Shown here piece by piece: positions 60,091 to 64,000 of a stretch of DNA of 64,000 bases; the first letter of the stretch is position 1, and every line of letters begins with the position of its first letter. The stretch is from an uncultured Gemmatimonadota bacterium (GTDB lineage: Bacteria; SM23-81; DAOVCL01). The translations under genes and the position numbers were made by a program. The stretch spans positions 64,001-128,000 of the forward strand of contig CAZVGK010000004.1 of NCBI GenBank assembly GCA_964626665.1, read 5' to 3'. The notes beneath the pieces are model-generated. The model saw only the letters and a program-made list of their open reading frames with translations. It made no database searches and was not told the origin of the DNA.

Positions 60091-60118
60091 TCGTCATTCG
60101 TCATTCTGATTTCGTCAT
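60084..60118. repeat. Heptamer tract upstream of the four-helix-bundle gene (related tract at ~59664-59730)
   Basis: TCGTCAT x3, TCTGATT, TCGTCAT. Confidence 0.85.
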
Positions 60119-61249
60119 TTTCTTTACCAGTTCTATCGCCTTTTTTGCCCCCGCGGACATCGAGGAGACGGGAGTAAGGGGAGTTGCCTTGAGTATCTCC
60201 CTGGCCTTATCCTCATTCGTCCCAGTCAACCGCACCACTATGGGCAGGGAGAGCGGCCCCTTGCCGATCGCCTGGAGAAGGCCATTGGCCACATCATCAC
60301 ACCTGGTAATCCCCCCAAAGATATTGAACAAGACGGCCTTTACGTTCTTGTCCCGCAGAAGGATATCCATAGCATTGGTCACCTTCTCCGGGGATGAGCT
60401 CCCCCCCACATCGAGAAAATTGGCCGGCTCTCCCCCATATCTTTTAATCAGATCCATCGTAGCCATAGCCAGGCCCGCCCCATTTACCACACAGCCGATA
60501 TCTCCGGACAGCTTGATATAGGAGAGCCCCTTGGACTTAGCCTCGATCTCGGTGGCCTCCTCTGGAGTTGGCTCCCGCATAGCCTGAATATCCGCATGCC
60601 GATACAGCCCACTGTCATCTATATTTATCTTGGCATCCAGTGCCCAGACCTGATGGTCCCGGGAGACAACAAAGGGGTTTATCTCAGCCAGGCTGGCATC
60701 TGACTCAACAAATGTCTGGTAGAGTTTACCCAACACATCCGCGGCCTGCAGCACGATCCCGTAGTCATCATAGAGATGAAAGCCAAGCTCCCGGGCCTGA
60801 TGGGGAAGCAGGCCGGTAGATGGGTCCACCGGATACTTATGAATCTTCTCCGGGGTCTCCGCGGCAACCTGCTCGATCTCCACCCCTCCCGCCGCAGAGA
60901 CCATCACCACGGGCCTCTTGCTCCCCCGGTCCACAATTATACCCAAGTAAGCTTCGGAAAGGACATCTATGGCCTGAGTCACCAAAACCTTCTTGACCAC
61001 CTCTCCTTTAATGCTCATCCCCAATATCTGCTCAGCAAGTTTCTCCGCTTCCTGGGAAGATCTGGCGATCTTCACCCCCCCGGCCTTTCCCCTTCCCCCC
61101 ACCAAAACCTGTGCTTTGACCACAACCTCCCCCCCCATCTCCGCGGCAATCTCCCTGGCCTCCTCAGGGTGAGAGGCGACCTTGCCTGAAGGCACGGGAA
61201 TCCCATATCGCTTAAAAATCTCCTTTGCTTGATATTCCTGGATTTTCAT
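60101..61249 (-). CDS. sucC: Succinyl-CoA synthetase beta subunit
   Basis: EYQAK, KAQV..GGRGKAGGV, NGAGLAMATMD, NFLDVGG, NIFGGI.RCD. Confidence 0.98.
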   Translation of the reverse strand: MKIQEYQAKEIFKRYGIPVPSGKVASHPEEAREIAAEMGGEVVVKAQVLVGGRGKAGGVKIARSSQEAEKLAEQILGMSIKGEVVKKVLVTQAIDVLSEAYLGIIVDRGSKRPVVMVSAAGGVEIEQVAAETPEKIHKYPVDPSTGLLPHQARELGFHLYDDYGIVLQAADVLGKLYQTFVESDASLAEINPFVVSRDHQVWALDAKINIDDSGLYRHADIQAMREPTPEEATEIEAKSKGLSYIKLSGDIGCVVNGAGLAMATMDLIKRYGGEPANFLDVGGSSSPEKVTNAMDILLRDKNVKAVLFNIFGGITRCDDVANGLLQAIGKGPLSLPIVVRLTGTNEDKAREILKATPLTPVSSMSAGAKKAIELVKKMTKSE

Positions 61250-61533
61250 TGGCTTTCATCCGCCACTATAAGGTTAAAAAAATAGACAAAGGGGGAGTTT
61301 CCCTCAACCGACTGGCTAAAAATTGCCCAGAAAACAGCCCTTGTCCACTAAGCCAGGCTTGTGGCTTTCCCTTGCTCTGTCCGGAGGAGGCTAGCACTAT
61401 TATCTCCGCGCCCTTTGGGCAGGCAAACAAGAAAAGCTTCGCTTCCAAGGCGGGCAAACCGCCTTAGGTATGGCCACATAAACTGGAGACAACTTTTAAG
61501 CGGTTGCCCTATAAGCCAGCAAAGATACCCAGC

Positions 61534-63192
61534 TCAGAATATATCGATCATTCTGGCCAGGGCCGCCTTCCCCCTATACTCGGGCAGGAGCATGGGAGCC
61601 CGCCTCTGCGGCTTGATGCCCGCTTTCTTCAGGGTCTCCACATACCTGTGCAAATGCTCAAGGGTTAGTTTACCCCCCTTCTTCCCCGACTGCACCCACT
61701 TGGCGGCAGACATCCCCGCCCTCCTGCCAAAAACCATAGTGTCAAGAGTTGAATTTCCCATGAGTCTATTCTTGCCATGAACACCTCCTGATACCTCGCC
61801 AGCAACCCAGAGTCCTTCAAGAGTGCTATGGCCCCATGGGTCTGTTTCTACTCCCCCGTTCTGATAATGAAGTGTAGGGAATACAAGAACAGGATCTTTT
61901 GTCATGTCTATGTCATATCTATTAAACATTCTTCGCATCCCTGGGAATGCTTTTTCAATATAACCTTTACCATTCTTTACCTCAATCATAGGCGTATCAA
62001 GCCATACACCTCTTATGCCAACAGGGGTCGTAATTCCCTTGCCTCTAACATAACATTCCCTTATTAAGGCAGCTGCTTCAACATCTCTTGGCTCAAGTGG
62101 AAATACAAATGCCTCTCCATCTACATTTACTGGCTGGGCTCCAGAGCTGCGGAGCTTCTCTGTAAGAAGATAACCTATTATTTGCACTGGATATGCAGCA
62201 CCTGTGGGGTGATACTGAACTGTGTCTACATCTCTTAACTTTGCACCTGCACGATATGCAAGAACAAGACCATCAGCAGTAGCACCATAATGATTTGTTG
62301 TAGGAAATCCTCTTATGTGTAGTCTCCCAAAACCACCTGTCGCCAGAATAGTAGCTTTTGCTTCCACTATTTTATATTCTCCTGTCTCAAGGTTGTATAA
62401 GAGTGCGCCAGTAACTCTATTCTCACCATCTGTGAGAAGTTCAATCGCAGGATAGTGTTCAATACATCCTATCTCTCTACTTCTAAATTCGTCTCTTATT
62501 ACTCTGAATTCCTCAAGTCCTGTATAATCTCTACAAGAATGCAATCTCCTTATTGATGTTCCACCTCCCCATTTTTCCACAAAATCTCCACTTTCTTCCT
62601 TGTCAATTATTGCTCCTAATTCATGTAGCCAGTAAATTATGAAAGGAGCATCCTCAACCAGCGCTCTTAAAACATCTGGTTTGTTTGTAAAGTGCCCCCC
62701 ACCCATAGTATCCAGGTAATGTCTCTGTATAGAATCAACTTCTCTATCTGCTGCCTGAGTGCCTCCTTCTGCCATTATTGAATTAGCATCACCATGCCTT
62801 AATTTATTAACAAGTAATATTTTATCTTTTGAAATCCCTTGTTCATTCGCCCAGATACAAGCAGTCGTGCCGGCAAGCCCTCCACCTATTACCATAATGT
62901 CTACACTATAATCAACTTTTTTAATGTCAACTTCTCCTTCCTCTACAAGAGGGTATGCCTCAAGTAAATCAACCACTGGATTTGTGCCAAAATCTCCTTT
63001 ATTCTGACCAATTGATATTTTCCTTTTCCCCCCAGCCACATAATCTGGATGTAGTTTGAGCGTTTCCTCTCGCTCCTCCATACTCATAGCAGGAGGAATG
63101 TAATCTTTTCTTTTTTGCCTGGTCTTATGCACTTTATCTATAAGTTTATACATATACTCAGGATAACCCTCAATGTATTTTGCCTCAGCCAT
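61534..63192 (-). CDS. Fumarate reductase/succinate dehydrogenase-like flavoprotein, soluble type with an N-terminal extension
   Basis: GGGLAG, AEGG, QYHPTG, EKLR, PRDV, HYQNGG, HGKNRLMGNS. Confidence 0.85.
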   Translation of the reverse strand: MAEAKYIEGYPEYMYKLIDKVHKTRQKRKDYIPPAMSMEEREETLKLHPDYVAGGKRKISIGQNKGDFGTNPVVDLLEAYPLVEEGEVDIKKVDYSVDIMVIGGGLAGTTACIWANEQGISKDKILLVNKLRHGDANSIMAEGGTQAADREVDSIQRHYLDTMGGGHFTNKPDVLRALVEDAPFIIYWLHELGAIIDKEESGDFVEKWGGGTSIRRLHSCRDYTGLEEFRVIRDEFRSREIGCIEHYPAIELLTDGENRVTGALLYNLETGEYKIVEAKATILATGGFGRLHIRGFPTTNHYGATADGLVLAYRAGAKLRDVDTVQYHPTGAAYPVQIIGYLLTEKLRSSGAQPVNVDGEAFVFPLEPRDVEAAALIRECYVRGKGITTPVGIRGVWLDTPMIEVKNGKGYIEKAFPGMRRMFNRYDIDMTKDPVLVFPTLHYQNGGVETDPWGHSTLEGLWVAGEVSGGVHGKNRLMGNSTLDTMVFGRRAGMSAAKWVQSGKKGGKLTLEHLHRYVETLKKAGIKPQRRAPMLLPEYRGKAALARMIDIF

Positions 63193-63245
63193 CTTTCCCT
63201 CCTAAATTTAGGTATTTAGGTATCTATGTATTTAGGTGTTTGTAG

Positions 63246-63980
63246 TTAATCTGTTTCTCTTTCTCGCTCAGCATATAATTTTTCAAGTTCCTCTCTGCTG
63301 AGACTTGTAATTTTATCCATATCTTTATTGAACTTACCTTCTTTTATTTCTTTTATTCTCGTTAAAAGGTGTTCTGGTTCAGGGCTACTATACCTTCCAT
63401 ACATTCTCCTTCCAAGCTGTGCCACATTATATTGCACAATCTCTGAGGGACATCTCAGTGCACAAAGTCCACACTGAATACAATCAAAAGACTCATTGGC
63501 AACTGCTTCAAAATCTCCTTTAATTGCTGCCTGAACGTAGTCCATTACTTCAAGATCCTGAGGACAGGCTTTTGTGCAAGTATTACATGACACGCATCTT
63601 GCTACCTCAGGATAATACTTAAAAAATACATTAACATTATATTCTTCTTTGCCAATATCATAGGGGGCTTTCTCTGCTGGTGTAAATGGTATCTGGACAA
63701 GATACATCCCATCTTCTACACGAGTCTGACAGGCCATGGCAGTCTGCAGTTTATACTCTCCTTTTTTTCGATAAACTGTGGAACAAGCACCGCAAAAACC
63801 CTGCCTGCACCCACAGCCCCTTATAAATTTATACCCTGCATACTCTATTGCAGTTAGTATTGTTAAATCAGCCGGAACTCTATATCCCCTTCCCATAATA
63901 TAAATTGTTACCCAGTGCTCAACATCCTTCTCTTCAACCCCAGCGACCATAGGTCTGCTCGCAGTGGCGATCCTTTCCAT
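63246..63980 (-). CDS. FrdB/SdhB-like iron-sulfur subunit ([2Fe-2S] + 2x[4Fe-4S])
   Basis: GCRQGFCGAC...ACQ; CVSCNTCTKACP; CIQCGLCALRCP. Confidence 0.85.
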   Translation of the reverse strand: MERIATASRPMVAGVEEKDVEHWVTIYIMGRGYRVPADLTILTAIEYAGYKFIRGCGCRQGFCGACSTVYRKKGEYKLQTAMACQTRVEDGMYLVQIPFTPAEKAPYDIGKEEYNVNVFFKYYPEVARCVSCNTCTKACPQDLEVMDYVQAAIKGDFEAVANESFDCIQCGLCALRCPSEIVQYNVAQLGRRMYGRYSSPEPEHLLTRIKEIKEGKFNKDMDKITSLSREELEKLYAERERETD

Positions 63981-64000
63981 TATCTCCTTTGGATCTAATC

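Noticed and set aside
61534-63192. Flavoprotein as L-aspartate oxidase NadB
   Set aside because: It is paired with an FrdB-like Fe-S gene next to sucCD/kor, with no nadA or nadC nearby.
1-64000. tRNA, rRNA, tmRNA or prophage genes
   Set aside because: No cloverleaf or rRNA signatures and no phage structural or integrase genes recognised by eye; a tRNAscan/Rfam run would be needed to exclude them formally.

Overview
Bacterial chromosomal window, probably from an FCB-superphylum candidate lineage such as KSB1, TA06 or Zixibacteria. That assignment is inferred only from the three T9SS/FlgD-like C-terminal sorting domains. Core genes: pilMNOPQ, dapF, hutUH, a PfkB kinase, tldD/pmbA, an ECF sigma envelope-stress cluster, mreB, a REC-GGDEF protein, a PD40/BamA-like outer-membrane protein, murA, lysS, prfB (programmed +1 frameshift) and a TIGR03960 radical SAM gene. 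A co-directional fumarate reductase-sucCD-korDABC block looks like a reductive TCA segment. Accessory content: a 2024-aa secreted protein with 14 LVIVD repeats, four small TA-like pairs (one truncated), a 367-bp internally deleted IS4 with intact TIRs and a 9-bp TSD, and a defence hotspot. The hotspot holds an AbiE-like pair bracketed by a duplicated gene 3' end, plus a methylase and a frameshifted PvuII-like endonuclease. The most striking signal is non-coding. Many intergenic regions are mosaics of at least 8 distinct short palindromic (REP-like) families plus 7-, 8- and 9/10-mer tandem tracts. These nest inside each other, invade coding sequence and separate small accessory genes like cassettes. 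No cognate mobiliser (RAYT, GIY-YIG, integrase) is encoded in the window. No rRNA, tRNA or CRISPR array was recognised. All protein calls come from motif recognition by eye; no searches were run.
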